Below, piece after piece: positions 47,601 through 57,043 of a stretch of 64,000 nucleotides of DNA. This DNA comes from Clostridia bacterium. GTDB lineage: Bacteria; Bacillota; Clostridia; Oscillospirales; CAG-272. The translations under genes were made by a program, and so were the position numbers. Below the pieces are notes generated by a model. It had not been told where the DNA came from. It did not search any database and saw nothing but the letters and a program-made list of their open reading frames with translations. The stretch is taken from positions 5,949 to 69,948 of the forward strand of contig JAFYOX010000009.1 of the NCBI GenBank assembly GCA_017547755.1. Direction: 5' to 3'. Every line of letters begins with the position of its first letter. Positions within the stretch are counted from its first letter, which is position 1.

Positions 47601-48116
47601 ATGAGGAAGTATCAGATCAACGACACGGTATTTTACGGAACCAACGGCGTCTGCCGTATCTCCGCCATCGAACAGCTCAGTTTCAGCGACGACCCGGACG
47701 ATTATTACATTCTGCGTCCGGTGTACAACGCAGCCTCCACGATTTATGTTCCGCTCGGCAACCCGACCCTCTGCGGACGGATGCGTCCGCTCATCACCGA
47801 AGACCGGCTCACGGAGCTTTTCCGCCGCATGACGGACGAGATCCCGGACTGGATCGAAGACAACAACCGCCGCCGCGCGGTCTACAGCGAGATCCTGCAG
47901 ACCGCGGAACCGGAGGAGGTCTTGGCCGTTCTGCGTACCCTGCGCAGCCGCAGCGAGACCCTCCGGATGAAGAAAAAACGCCTGCATATCTCCGACGAAA
48001 AACTCTTTCACGATGCGGAACGGATGCTGCACGAAGAGATCGCGTATGTCGCCGGAATCCGCATGGACGAAGTGAACAGTTATATTGCCCGAGAAGTCGA
48101 CAGGATCGGGCACTGA
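47601..48116 (+). CDS. CarD/CdnL-family RNA-polymerase-binding regulator
   Basis: The N-terminal Tudor-like domain reads INDTVFYGTNGVCRISAIEQ...YYILRPV. Confidence 0.8.
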   Translation: MRKYQINDTVFYGTNGVCRISAIEQLSFSDDPDDYYILRPVYNAASTIYVPLGNPTLCGRMRPLITEDRLTELFRRMTDEIPDWIEDNNRRRAVYSEILQTAEPEEVLAVLRTLRSRSETLRMKKKRLHISDEKLFHDAERMLHEEIAYVAGIRMDEVNSYIAREVDRIGH

Positions 48117-48128
48117 CCGCCGCTTCCG

Positions 48129-48161
48129 CATGAGGGGAACTTTCCGTAAAAGTTCCCCTCA
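48129..48161 (+). terminator. Palindrome of the GGGGAAC type acting as the carD-like gene terminator
   Basis: ATGAGGGGAACTTT-ccgt-AAAGTTCCCCTCAT is followed by AATTTTATTTT. Confidence 0.75.
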
Positions 48162-48181
48162 TAATTTTATTTTCCGGACTA

Positions 48182-48210
48182 TTGCAATTTTCCGGCGGAT
48201 ATGATATAAT
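48182..48210 (+). promoter_or_regulatory. Promoter of tRNA-Leu
   Basis: TTGCAA, a 17-nt spacer, then an extended -10 TGATATAAT. Confidence 0.75.
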
Positions 48211-48222
48211 GGTAAAAGACAG

Positions 48223-48306
48223 GCCGGTATGTTGGAATTGGCAGACGAGGCGGACTCAAAATCCGCTGCTGGCGACAGCGTGCGGGTTCGACCCCCGCTA
48301 CCGGCA
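48223..48306 (+). tRNA. tRNA-Leu (anticodon CAA)
   Basis: Acceptor GCCGGTA/TACCGGC, anticodon stem GCGGA/TCCGC with loop CTCAAAA, long variable arm GCTG-gcga-CAGC, T-arm GCGGG-TTCGACC-CCCGC and discriminator A. Confidence 0.9.
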
Positions 48307-48312
48307 ATAAAA

Positions 48313-48339
48313 AAAGACAGGTTTTTTCAACCTGTCTTT
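48313..48339. terminator. Bidirectional terminator (tRNA-Leu and the 48366..50972 gene)
   Basis: AAAGACAGGTT-ttttc-AACCTGTCTTT has A and T runs on both sides. Confidence 0.8.
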
Positions 48340-48365
48340 TTTGTTTTATCTCTTTGGGAGATTAC

Positions 48366-50972
48366 TTATCTCTTCTTGGAGAGAGCGTAGCCTGCTGCTG
48401 CGATTGCTGCTGCAACTGCTGCGATTACGCCGAAGTCGAAGGTTTCGGGAGCTTCTTCAACTACAGGAGCTTCTTCAACAACTTCTTCTTCAACTACTTC
48501 TTCAACAACTTCTTCTTCAACCGGAGCTTCTTCTGCAACTTCTTCAGCTGCAGGTTCTTCTGCGGGAGCTTCTTCAGCAACGGGAGCTTCTTCAACCGGA
48601 GCTTCTTCTGCTGCGGGAACTTCGGTGAGAACTTCAACTGCAACTGCGTTGGAGGAAGCAGCGAGAAGGAGGTCTTCTGCGGTTACGAGAGCAACTGCGC
48701 CGTTTACGCCGTCAAATGCCTTAGCAGCATCTTCGGTTTCGAAGAATGCAACGTATGCGATGTCGATAGCGGAATCGGGAAGAACAACTGCCGGGTCATC
48801 AGCAACGTTTGCTTCTGCGTCACGGTTGGATTCCATGGGGTCAAGACGGAAGCCGAGACCGAGGGAGTCCTTCCAGATGGAAGCAAGAGTGGTGGATTCG
48901 CTTACGGAAGTAAGGTCGATAACGATGGTTTCCCAGTTGCCGGTGTGGTTCCACTTAACGGGAATGTTCGGTTCAGCAGCGGGAGTGATGTAGATCTGAC
49001 CGGTGAGGGTGTTGCCAAGGCTGTCTTCCTTGGTGATGGTGCGGTACTTGATCTGTGCCCAGGTTACAACTTCGGGGTCGATGTCGATGAGGTTTTCGTA
49101 GTTGAGGTACGGGTCGTTGCCGCTTGCAACGTAGTGAGCGTAGTCGAATTCGCCTTCAACGGGAGCTGCTTCTGCCGCGGGAGCTTCAACTGCTGCCGGA
49201 GCTTCAGCAACTGCTGCTGCGCCGTAGGTCGGGTTGGAGCCGTCTACTGCCTTACCGTAAAGTTCAACTTCTGCAACGTCACCGTGGTTGGTGTAGTTGA
49301 TGTAACGGAAGTAACGGTAACCGGTGTTGTCAGAGGATTCGATTTCATCGGTTACGTCAAGGAAGGTAACTTCGCCTGCTTCTTCAACGCTGAGGAAGAG
49401 TGCAACTGCGTCGCTGAAGTCTTCTTCGTTCGCGCCTTCGATGGTACCGCCGTTGAAGCGTGCTGCCCAACCGTCACGAGGATGGATAACGATCTTGGTG
49501 AGGATCATTTCTTCACCTGCGTCGATACCAGCATAGCCGTCGCCGGTTCCGAGCGGGTCAAAGAAAGTAGTAACGTCGCCGTCGAATGCTGCGTCACGGC
49601 CTGCTGCTGCGTTGCCGCCCCAACCGGTTTCGTTACCGATACGGGTACCGTTGATGAGAACGGAGTCAGCGGGAACTTCAGTGCCGGATGCCGGGTATGC
49701 AGCGGGAGCGGTGTTTTCTACGGTGTCAGCTGCCTTACGAGCTACGATTTCCCAAATGGAGTTGCCCCATTCAGTGTTTCTCTTGGTGCAGTTGATCTTG
49801 ATGTAACGAGCGGTTGCGGGAGTCCATTCGTGAACTACAACACAGTCTTCGGACCAGGGAGAGGTACCTGCGGTGTTGCCGGTTACGGTAGCCTTAACAT
49901 CCCAGGAAGTGCCGTCGGAGCTGGTTTCGATGGTGTAGTCCTGAGCGCAAGCGGTTTCCCAGTGGATTTCTACGTAGCCGATCGGGAGAGGAGAAGAACC
50001 GATGTCGATAATAATGTGAGCGTCATCGGAGGTGTTGGAAGACCAACGGGTGGTGATGTCGCCGTCGATTGCCATGTCACCGGTGTTTGCGCCTTCGGTT
50101 TCAAGACCGGAAACTTCGGTAACGGTTGCGCCGAGGCAGAGGTTCTGGAGAGCCGGAGCGTCTGCAGCGGTGTCAGCAGCAGCTGCAGCGGGAGCTTCCG
50201 ATGCGCCGATGCTTGCGTCGTAGTCGAATGCCTTGTAGTCAGCTACGAATTCGAGGTTGTCGATGTAGAAAGGAGTTTCTGCTGCGGTTGCATCGTCGTA
50301 GTCCCAGAAGAGGTATACGCCTGCAACGTCAGCGGGGTTAGAGGGGGTCTTGTCGTCGTATGCTTCCCAGTTTGCGGAAGAACGGATGGTGAAGTCAGCT
50401 ACAGGGAAAGCGAACCAGCCCTTGAGACCGAGGACGTCGGATGCCTGAGCGGTACCGAAGCAGCCGTCGTCGCCGTGGAGCATTTCGGTCCAGGTTGCGC
50501 CGTCAGCGGAGTAGTAGAACTTACATTCCCATGCGTTGTCAACTTCGTCGGTGGAGAAGAGGGAGTAAGTGCTGTCCACTACGCCGAAGTTACCCTTACG
50601 GAGTGCTACTTCGGAGAAGTCCATCCATGCGCGGAGGTACTGTGCGCCGGTGTGGTCGGTAACGATGCCGTTGTCCGCGGTTGCAAAGAGGTATACACCT
50701 GCGTTTTCGTGACCGTTGGACTGGATCTTGACTGCCTTGGAGCCGTTGTAGCCGGCACCTTCAGCGATTTCTACGGTAACGGTGTCTGCGGTGGTGCCGC
50801 CGCCGTTCCATTCGCCTGCCCAGTAGTCGCCTGCGTCATCAAACGCGAAAACCGGGTTTCCGCCTGCTTCGAAGGACTTGTAGTTCTCGAAGTCAGTATA
50901 CATTGCAGCACTTGCAGCGGTAGCCAGGGAAGCTGCAAGAATTGCTGCGAGAGCAAAAGAGAGTTTCTTCAT
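48366..50972 (-). CDS. Large secreted discoidin (F5/8 type C)/carbohydrate-binding-module protein with an acidic linker and a C-terminal TM anchor
   Basis: The start is placed at MKKLSF (ATG 50972), behind GGAGGAA. An F5/8-C-like block reads AIDGDITTRWSS...IHWETACAQDYTIETSSDGTSW. The C-terminus has an EEAPVEE/EEVVEE linker followed by FDFGVIAAVAAAIAAAGYALSKKR. Confidence 0.8.
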   Translation of the reverse strand: MKKLSFALAAILAASLATAASAAMYTDFENYKSFEAGGNPVFAFDDAGDYWAGEWNGGGTTADTVTVEIAEGAGYNGSKAVKIQSNGHENAGVYLFATADNGIVTDHTGAQYLRAWMDFSEVALRKGNFGVVDSTYSLFSTDEVDNAWECKFYYSADGATWTEMLHGDDGCFGTAQASDVLGLKGWFAFPVADFTIRSSANWEAYDDKTPSNPADVAGVYLFWDYDDATAAETPFYIDNLEFVADYKAFDYDASIGASEAPAAAAADTAADAPALQNLCLGATVTEVSGLETEGANTGDMAIDGDITTRWSSNTSDDAHIIIDIGSSPLPIGYVEIHWETACAQDYTIETSSDGTSWDVKATVTGNTAGTSPWSEDCVVVHEWTPATARYIKINCTKRNTEWGNSIWEIVARKAADTVENTAPAAYPASGTEVPADSVLINGTRIGNETGWGGNAAAGRDAAFDGDVTTFFDPLGTGDGYAGIDAGEEMILTKIVIHPRDGWAARFNGGTIEGANEEDFSDAVALFLSVEEAGEVTFLDVTDEIESSDNTGYRYFRYINYTNHGDVAEVELYGKAVDGSNPTYGAAAVAEAPAAVEAPAAEAAPVEGEFDYAHYVASGNDPYLNYENLIDIDPEVVTWAQIKYRTITKEDSLGNTLTGQIYITPAAEPNIPVKWNHTGNWETIVIDLTSVSESTTLASIWKDSLGLGFRLDPMESNRDAEANVADDPAVVLPDSAIDIAYVAFFETEDAAKAFDGVNGAVALVTAEDLLLAASSNAVAVEVLTEVPAAEEAPVEEAPVAEEAPAEEPAAEEVAEEAPVEEEVVEEVVEEEVVEEAPVVEEAPETFDFGVIAAVAAAIAAAGYALSKKR

Positions 50973-51221
50973 GGTTTCCTCCATTTAAAGATTCTTTGCC
51001 CATATTACATAATATGGTACATTACATTATAGCACAACTGCTATGTCCTGTCAAGGAATCTGTGGATTTTACGTAAATTTCATATAACGTTTATTTAGTT
51101 TTTTCACACTCCTCTTGCACATTTGCCGGAAATATGTTATAATTGTTGACAGCAACGTAATTTTTAAAGTTCAATATCCCACAAAGACGAAGGGATATAT
51201 TTTTTAAGGAGATTTTATAAA

Positions 51222-52685
51222 ATGAACACAATGAAAAGACGTCTTTCGCTGATTCTGGCTCTTCTCATGATGCTTTCCGCGGCGTCCTGTTCCGAAAGCA
51301 CCGAAAACAGCGCGGCAGATACTTCGACCGCCAACACCGCTTCCGCAGAAGTGACCGTCAATACCGAAACGCCCGTGGAAGACGACGGCAAGACCCACTA
51401 CGCGGACGAGATCGCGGCTGTGGACTACGACGGCTGGACGCTCCACATCGCAAACGACGGTCTGAGCGCGGAATACTTCAGCGGATTCACCATGGAAGAA
51501 CTCACCGGTGACGCATTCAACGACGCGATCTACGACCGCAACGTGCGCGTTTCCGAAAAGTTCAACGTTACCATCGAAGAAAACAACGGCGGTTCCGTCA
51601 ACCTCATCAAGAACTCCGTTACCGCAGGTACCGGCGACGTCGGCTTCGGCTACGTTCTCTTCTACAGCTGCATGGGTCTGATCTCCCAGAATTACGCCAA
51701 GGCGGTCAGCGATATGCCGGTCTTTGACTTCTCCAAGCCCTACTGGGACCGCGGTTCCCAGGAAACCCTGACCATCGGCGGCAAGCTCTTCTACGGTCAC
51801 TGCGACATCAGCTTCGACCATTACGAAAGCATGGCTCTGCTCTTCTACAACGGCGACCTTCTCGCAGACAACAGCATCGCCGAAACTCCCTACGAACTGT
51901 ACACCTCCGGCAAGTGGACGCTCGACGCGATGTACGACATGATGACCAAGGTCGCACGCGACGAAAACGGTGACGGTATCATGGATGCCGCACACGACAC
52001 CTTCGGCTGGTCGGGCCGTGAATTTGAATATCTCCCGAGCCTTTACTCTTCCAACCTCCGCATCGTTCAGTACGACGCCGCTGCTGACACCTACAAGATG
52101 AACATCGTGGACGACGGCGTTATGGCAGTCGGCGATATGCTGAACAAGATCATCAACGACAAGTCCCTCTCTCTCCCCGGCAGAAACGACGAAACCCGTA
52201 ACCTCTTCAAGGAAGGCGGCGTACTCTTCTACAGCCGTCTGATGGGCGACTTCCGCAACCTCCGCGACAAGGAAGACGACTACGGTATCATCTGCTATCC
52301 GGCTCTCGAAGAAAATACCGACGGCATGGTCTACGTCCAGAACCCCTTCACCGTCATGATCCCGTCCGACTGTTCCGATGACGAACGTCTCGCGACCCTC
52401 ATCGAAGCGCTCGCAGCCGACACGTACGACAACGTCCTCGATATCTACATCGAAAAGGCCGTTATCGGTAAGGGCGCACGCGACATCGAAAGCGCAAACC
52501 TCCTCCGCGACTTCATCCAGAAGCGTGCATACGATATGTCCTACGCATTCGACGTCTTCGAAGCAATCAAGGCATACAACAACGCAATCCCCGGTGCGAA
52601 CTACGCATCCGCTTCTTCCCGTTCCGAAAAGGCATTCAACAAGAATGTAGAAAAAGCCCTCAAGGCTCTGGGTCTCGGCGAATAA
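51222..52685 (+). CDS. Extracellular solute-binding-type lipoprotein (function tentative)
   Basis: Lipobox LSAASCS and an AAGGAG RBS. It is a paralogue of the partial gene at 63059. Confidence 0.6.
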   Translation: MNTMKRRLSLILALLMMLSAASCSESTENSAADTSTANTASAEVTVNTETPVEDDGKTHYADEIAAVDYDGWTLHIANDGLSAEYFSGFTMEELTGDAFNDAIYDRNVRVSEKFNVTIEENNGGSVNLIKNSVTAGTGDVGFGYVLFYSCMGLISQNYAKAVSDMPVFDFSKPYWDRGSQETLTIGGKLFYGHCDISFDHYESMALLFYNGDLLADNSIAETPYELYTSGKWTLDAMYDMMTKVARDENGDGIMDAAHDTFGWSGREFEYLPSLYSSNLRIVQYDAAADTYKMNIVDDGVMAVGDMLNKIINDKSLSLPGRNDETRNLFKEGGVLFYSRLMGDFRNLRDKEDDYGIICYPALEENTDGMVYVQNPFTVMIPSDCSDDERLATLIEALAADTYDNVLDIYIEKAVIGKGARDIESANLLRDFIQKRAYDMSYAFDVFEAIKAYNNAIPGANYASASSRSEKAFNKNVEKALKALGLGE

Positions 52686-52710
52686 TCGAATAATATAAAA
52701 TGAATTTTCT

Positions 52711-52930
52711 TGGGGAACCCTTTTTTAAGGAAAAAGGGTTCCCCAAACCTCTCCTAAAAACCTTTTCAAACAAAAAGATAAATAAAGAAAGTGCAGATTT
52801 GGAATACCGAACCGTCCGTCCTCTTTACAGCGGTTTTGTACTCCAGATCTGCACTTTCTTTGTTATATGAATCGTTTAAAGTTTTTGGAAAGGGTTCGGG
52901 GAAACCTTTTTGCAAAAAGGTTTCCCCGAA
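52711..52930. repeat. Composite nested palindromic element, copy 2, between convergent genes
   Basis: Palindrome A is at 52711-52745 (TGGGGAACCCTTTTT/AAAAAGGGTTCCCCA), followed by the flank CTAAAAACCTTTTCAAAC. The central hairpin is at 52787-52858 (GAAAGTGCAGATTTGGAATAC...GTACTCCAGATCTGCACTTTC). The inverted flank TTTAAAGTTTTTGGAAAGGGTT follows, then palindrome C at 52895-52930. Confidence 0.9.
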
Positions 52931-52944
52931 AGAAAATATTCAAC

Positions 52945-55900
52945 TCATTTCCCCATAACCCGAATCTCGGTGATGGCTGCCCAGTCGCCGTTTGCGGTGG
53001 TGAAGTTGGAGAGTTTGACGGAGGAGGTTTCACGGCCGTTCAGGGGGAAGGTCATGAAATCTTCCGTTTTGTACATATCGATGTGTTCGACGGTGCCGTC
53101 GGAGAAGGTCACGTCGGCGCCGGTGAACCATGTGTCGTGCGGGAAGTCACAGCGGATGAGGATCTGCAGTTCGTCCGCACGAACAGTGCGTCCGAAATCG
53201 ATGGTGATCTCATTCTTCGCCGTCGTGGACTTTTCGGGACCCCACGACTGGTTCGGGAAGGTACCGTGCGATGTGTTCGACGTGAAGCCGTCGATCGCGC
53301 AGCGTGCTTCGTAGTGCGTCGCTTCGCCGTCCGCAACGCTGTTGGTCGATGCGTGCGGGTAGGACGTCGTGTTGCCCTTTAAGTCATACACGTTTTCCGC
53401 GAGGTTGCGGGGCTCAGAGAGTTCGTCCGCCGTCGGGATGCGCGCGCTGATCACGTTGTTGATGTAAACGGTGTTCTTCGAATCGTCAAGCGCCGTCGGG
53501 TAGATATTGCCCATCTTCGCCGGGAACTTGTATTCGAATACGCCTGTCGGACAGTACACGATGCTTTCACCGAGCTTCGACGACAGGCAGACTGCGACGT
53601 ATTTTTCCCCTTCGGGAAGTGTGATGCGTACGCCCTGCTTTGCCGCATAGATGTCCGGCACGTTCAGGATCGCATAGCCCTGTCCGGTCGCCTCAAGCGC
53701 CGTCTTGCCGTTTGCTTCGAGGAATTCGATCTTCACGTCGCCGGTATTTTTGTAATTGCCCGCCTTCGTGTCGATGACTGCCTTGTTCAGGTTGTCGTAG
53801 TATTCGCGCTTGTTGCCCTTTTCGTCGTATTCGCGCTGTTCGTTCGATCCCCAGGTGTTGTTTTCGTCGTACGAGCCGTACGCCGGAACCACAAGGTCGA
53901 TCCAGCATTCGATCGTGCGGATCTCTTCATCCGTCAGACCGCCGTGACCGGAACGGAGTTTTTCGATCAACAGGCTCTTCGACGAACCGAAGGTCTGCGG
54001 AGCAACGATCTCCGCACCGCTCATGGACGAGAGGAAGTTGACATAATCGCCGTCCGGCGTGCAGAGCCAGTTGTTTCCGCTCGGATAGGAACCGGTCAGA
54101 ACGAGGTAGGACAGCGGCCAGTACCGCTTCTGGCGGGAACCGACCACGTCGATGTTTTCAAGCGAGAACGCCGCCTCACGGGATGCGTCCAGAGGTTCGA
54201 TCTCTTCCGCGTCCGCTTCCTTTTCGTAGGAATAGAGGGTCATGTCGATCTGGCGGCCGCCTGCCGTGTTGCAGAGAGAAACGGCAAGGATATTTTCGCC
54301 GTCGACAAGGTATTCCGACGCGTCGGAGCAGAGTTCCAGTTCGACGTAGGTGTCCACCCAGTCGCGGTCATAGAACAGCTCGTGACCGTTGAGGTAGATG
54401 CGGATGCCGTCGTCGTAGGTGATATTCGTGCAGAGAGGAGAGCCCTTGAACGCTTCCGCGTCGTCCACGGTGAACGTGCGGCGGATGAAGATCGCGTTCT
54501 GTGCGCCGCTCCAGTCGGTCTTCCAGTTGATGCCGTCAATATTACGGTCGCCGAACGGGGTCTGTCCGGTCTTCCACTTGGTCGAATCGTCCTCACCGGT
54601 CGTCCAGCCGTCGGGAGCCTTGGAGAGATCCGTCGCCTTGATGTATTCCCACTGGGCGTACTGACGGATGAACGTCTTCTTTTCGCCCTGTGCCGCACCT
54701 GCCGCAGAGGTCAGACCGAGGGTGAAGTAGGTTCCTTCCACATCCGCGGTCAGCGTATTCTTTCCGAAAACGAACGCCTTGCGCATTTCGTTGGTCACGG
54801 GGATATAGATTTCTTCGGAAGTCGGGTGGTCAAGCTCGGCGATGACGGTGCCGTTGAGGGAAATCTTCGCCTTGCCGCAGAGCTGACCGGTGAAGGTCAG
54901 ACCGCATTCGTTGAGGTCATAGTTGGTGCCGGTGAACGTCGTCTGTGCCAGCAGTCTGCCGGACGTCCAGACGGTGTTGTGTTCCTTCGGCGCGGTTTTT
55001 CCGTCGGCAAACGGAGCGTGTGCGCTCTTTTCGAAGGAGCTGTCTCCTGCGAGAAGCTTGTTCACCCTCGTTTCGTCGGCTTCGTATGTCCATACCGCGT
55101 CTTCCGCGAGGATCACGTCCGCCGGATCGGTGTCATAGCCTGCCGCCGCACGTGCGCTGACCATCTGATAGGATTCCTGCGTATCGGAATGGCAGACGAT
55201 GCAGCTTTCGTCGAGGATCGGCTGGACTTCCCTGAGGAACGAGAAGCCGGACGCGTCGGTGTAGGGGTCATATTCTTCCGCATCGGTCATCCAGAGGTCG
55301 GGTCCGATGGTCGTTACGCCCTTCTTCATCGCCATGGTGGTCGTACCGGAGACAGTCGGCGCGATGTTCTTGTCTTCGTGACAGCCGACGCAGGAGAAGG
55401 TCTCGTTCGGCATCAGCGTCGTCCAGGAACGCATGGTCTGGATAACACATCCGTTCTCGTCGAGAAGCTGGAAGTACAGCGCCGTATTTGCGGGAGCCGT
55501 GAAGAGTGCGCTGCCGTCTTCTTCGACCGGAACCACGCCGAGGACGCGCTTGATGTCCCATGCGCCGTTGCCGGTGGAGATCGGGGTGAACGGGTCGGAC
55601 GAACCGGAACCGCGTGCCACGGTCGCGCCGATGGCGGAGGTACGGAATTCAAGCTCCACCACGCGGAGGTACTTCACGGAACCTGCCTTCACGCCTTCCA
55701 TGGAAGGACCTTCGTAGACGTTGGAAACGTAGAACGTACCGGTTTCCGACGCATAGTTGACCATGCTCGGACGGGTGAAGAGATCGCGGGCATAGACCGG
55801 AACGATCTGGGATGCCCCGGTGCCGCGGGTCGCTTCGACGAATTCGACTTCGGTGTCGGTCGTCACGTCGTATGCGTAGATCGAAAATTCCGCGTTCACG

Positions 55901-57018
55901 CCGCTGTAATGCTTGACGGCGGAGTAGAGGAAGAGGTTTTCCGAGAACGCATAGGGATACTTGTACTGCTTGCCGTCCTGACCGAAGGTGTCCACGCCGG
56001 ACTGCTTTCTCGTGCCGTCCTGGAACACAAAGTCGACGGGAGCGTCGCCGTTGCGTCCTTCGGAGATGTCGATCCAGACGAGCTTGCCGTGCTGATAGAC
56101 ATGGTGTCCGGATGCGATGGACAGGTATTTGCCGACGGTACCGGGAATTTCCCGGGTGTGCATCAGCGTGGTCGGGAAGTCGGAGTTGTTGCCGTAGAGT
56201 TCGGTCTGGTTCGTACCGTCCTCAAACATCTGGAACACCGCCTGCACCCACATCTGCGTGCGGTCGTTGTAGTCCCAGCGGGTGTAGATCACACGTCCGT
56301 CGGAGGTGACGGTCGGGTAGGTCGTATGCACCTGATCGTAGCCGAGACGGAGGATCTCCGAACCGTCGGCATTGCACTTGTACATATTGGAGACGGGGGT
56401 CTTCCAGCAGTCCACCACCTGAATGTCACGGGTGGAATTGAAGAGGATCGATCCGTCGGAGAGGTATTTCGGTTCGATGTCCGCGACACCCGAGCCGAAG
56501 GTCAGCTGCTTCAGTTCGCGGGTCGCCAGAGTCATTTCGTAGAGGTGATAATCGTCCGTCGAGGACTGCTTCCACGAGAAGAGCACGCGCGTACCGTCCG
56601 CGGAAACGTCCGGGTCACGGAGCACGCCCTTTTTGGATTCGAGAAGAACGTCCTCATAGGTCACGTAATTCCCGCCGTCCTTCACGATGGTGACGAGGAT
56701 CATTTCGGATCCCGGATTGAAGATCGCTTCGCGGCCTTCCGGGTCGCGGTTGTCGCTGCCGAGGTCTTCCGCCAGCGCTTCCGTGTACGCATAATGCGAC
56801 GCGCCGAGCTGTTTGTGGCGGATAACGATGTAATACGGCGTTTCTTCGTAAATCCGGGCGATGACGTCCGTTTTTTTATTGCCCGCTTCGTAGGTCATGA
56901 CCTGTTCTGCGTCTCCGGAAAGAGAAAGCGTGATGCCTTCCGATGCGAAAATGACGACCGCGCCGCAGACCATGGTGAGAACGAGCATGAGAGACAGGAT
57001 TTTGACAAATTTCTTCAT
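52945..57018 (-). CDS. 1357-aa secreted multidomain protein: TolB/PD40-like propeller region, two CXXCH motifs (HzsA-related-like), C-terminal discoidin-like domain
   Basis: It has a signal/anchor sequence (MKKFVKILSLMLVLTMVCGAVVIFA) and the haem-c motifs SCVGCHEDKN and SCIVCHSDTQ. The C-terminus reads AIDGFTSN...WAAITEIRVMGK. Confidence 0.8.
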   Translation of the reverse strand: MKKFVKILSLMLVLTMVCGAVVIFASEGITLSLSGDAEQVMTYEAGNKKTDVIARIYEETPYYIVIRHKQLGASHYAYTEALAEDLGSDNRDPEGREAIFNPGSEMILVTIVKDGGNYVTYEDVLLESKKGVLRDPDVSADGTRVLFSWKQSSTDDYHLYEMTLATRELKQLTFGSGVADIEPKYLSDGSILFNSTRDIQVVDCWKTPVSNMYKCNADGSEILRLGYDQVHTTYPTVTSDGRVIYTRWDYNDRTQMWVQAVFQMFEDGTNQTELYGNNSDFPTTLMHTREIPGTVGKYLSIASGHHVYQHGKLVWIDISEGRNGDAPVDFVFQDGTRKQSGVDTFGQDGKQYKYPYAFSENLFLYSAVKHYSGVNAEFSIYAYDVTTDTEVEFVEATRGTGASQIVPVYARDLFTRPSMVNYASETGTFYVSNVYEGPSMEGVKAGSVKYLRVVELEFRTSAIGATVARGSGSSDPFTPISTGNGAWDIKRVLGVVPVEEDGSALFTAPANTALYFQLLDENGCVIQTMRSWTTLMPNETFSCVGCHEDKNIAPTVSGTTTMAMKKGVTTIGPDLWMTDAEEYDPYTDASGFSFLREVQPILDESCIVCHSDTQESYQMVSARAAAGYDTDPADVILAEDAVWTYEADETRVNKLLAGDSSFEKSAHAPFADGKTAPKEHNTVWTSGRLLAQTTFTGTNYDLNECGLTFTGQLCGKAKISLNGTVIAELDHPTSEEIYIPVTNEMRKAFVFGKNTLTADVEGTYFTLGLTSAAGAAQGEKKTFIRQYAQWEYIKATDLSKAPDGWTTGEDDSTKWKTGQTPFGDRNIDGINWKTDWSGAQNAIFIRRTFTVDDAEAFKGSPLCTNITYDDGIRIYLNGHELFYDRDWVDTYVELELCSDASEYLVDGENILAVSLCNTAGGRQIDMTLYSYEKEADAEEIEPLDASREAAFSLENIDVVGSRQKRYWPLSYLVLTGSYPSGNNWLCTPDGDYVNFLSSMSGAEIVAPQTFGSSKSLLIEKLRSGHGGLTDEEIRTIECWIDLVVPAYGSYDENNTWGSNEQREYDEKGNKREYYDNLNKAVIDTKAGNYKNTGDVKIEFLEANGKTALEATGQGYAILNVPDIYAAKQGVRITLPEGEKYVAVCLSSKLGESIVYCPTGVFEYKFPAKMGNIYPTALDDSKNTVYINNVISARIPTADELSEPRNLAENVYDLKGNTTSYPHASTNSVADGEATHYEARCAIDGFTSNTSHGTFPNQSWGPEKSTTAKNEITIDFGRTVRADELQILIRCDFPHDTWFTGADVTFSDGTVEHIDMYKTEDFMTFPLNGRETSSVKLSNFTTANGDWAAITEIRVMGK

Positions 57019-57043
57019 ATTATTATACAGGTACGCTCCTTTC

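Noticed and set aside
47442-48162. Minus-strand ORFs of 229 aa and 117 aa overlapping the CarD-like gene.
   Set aside because: They are antisense to a gene with a clear CarD N-terminal domain and have no RBS.
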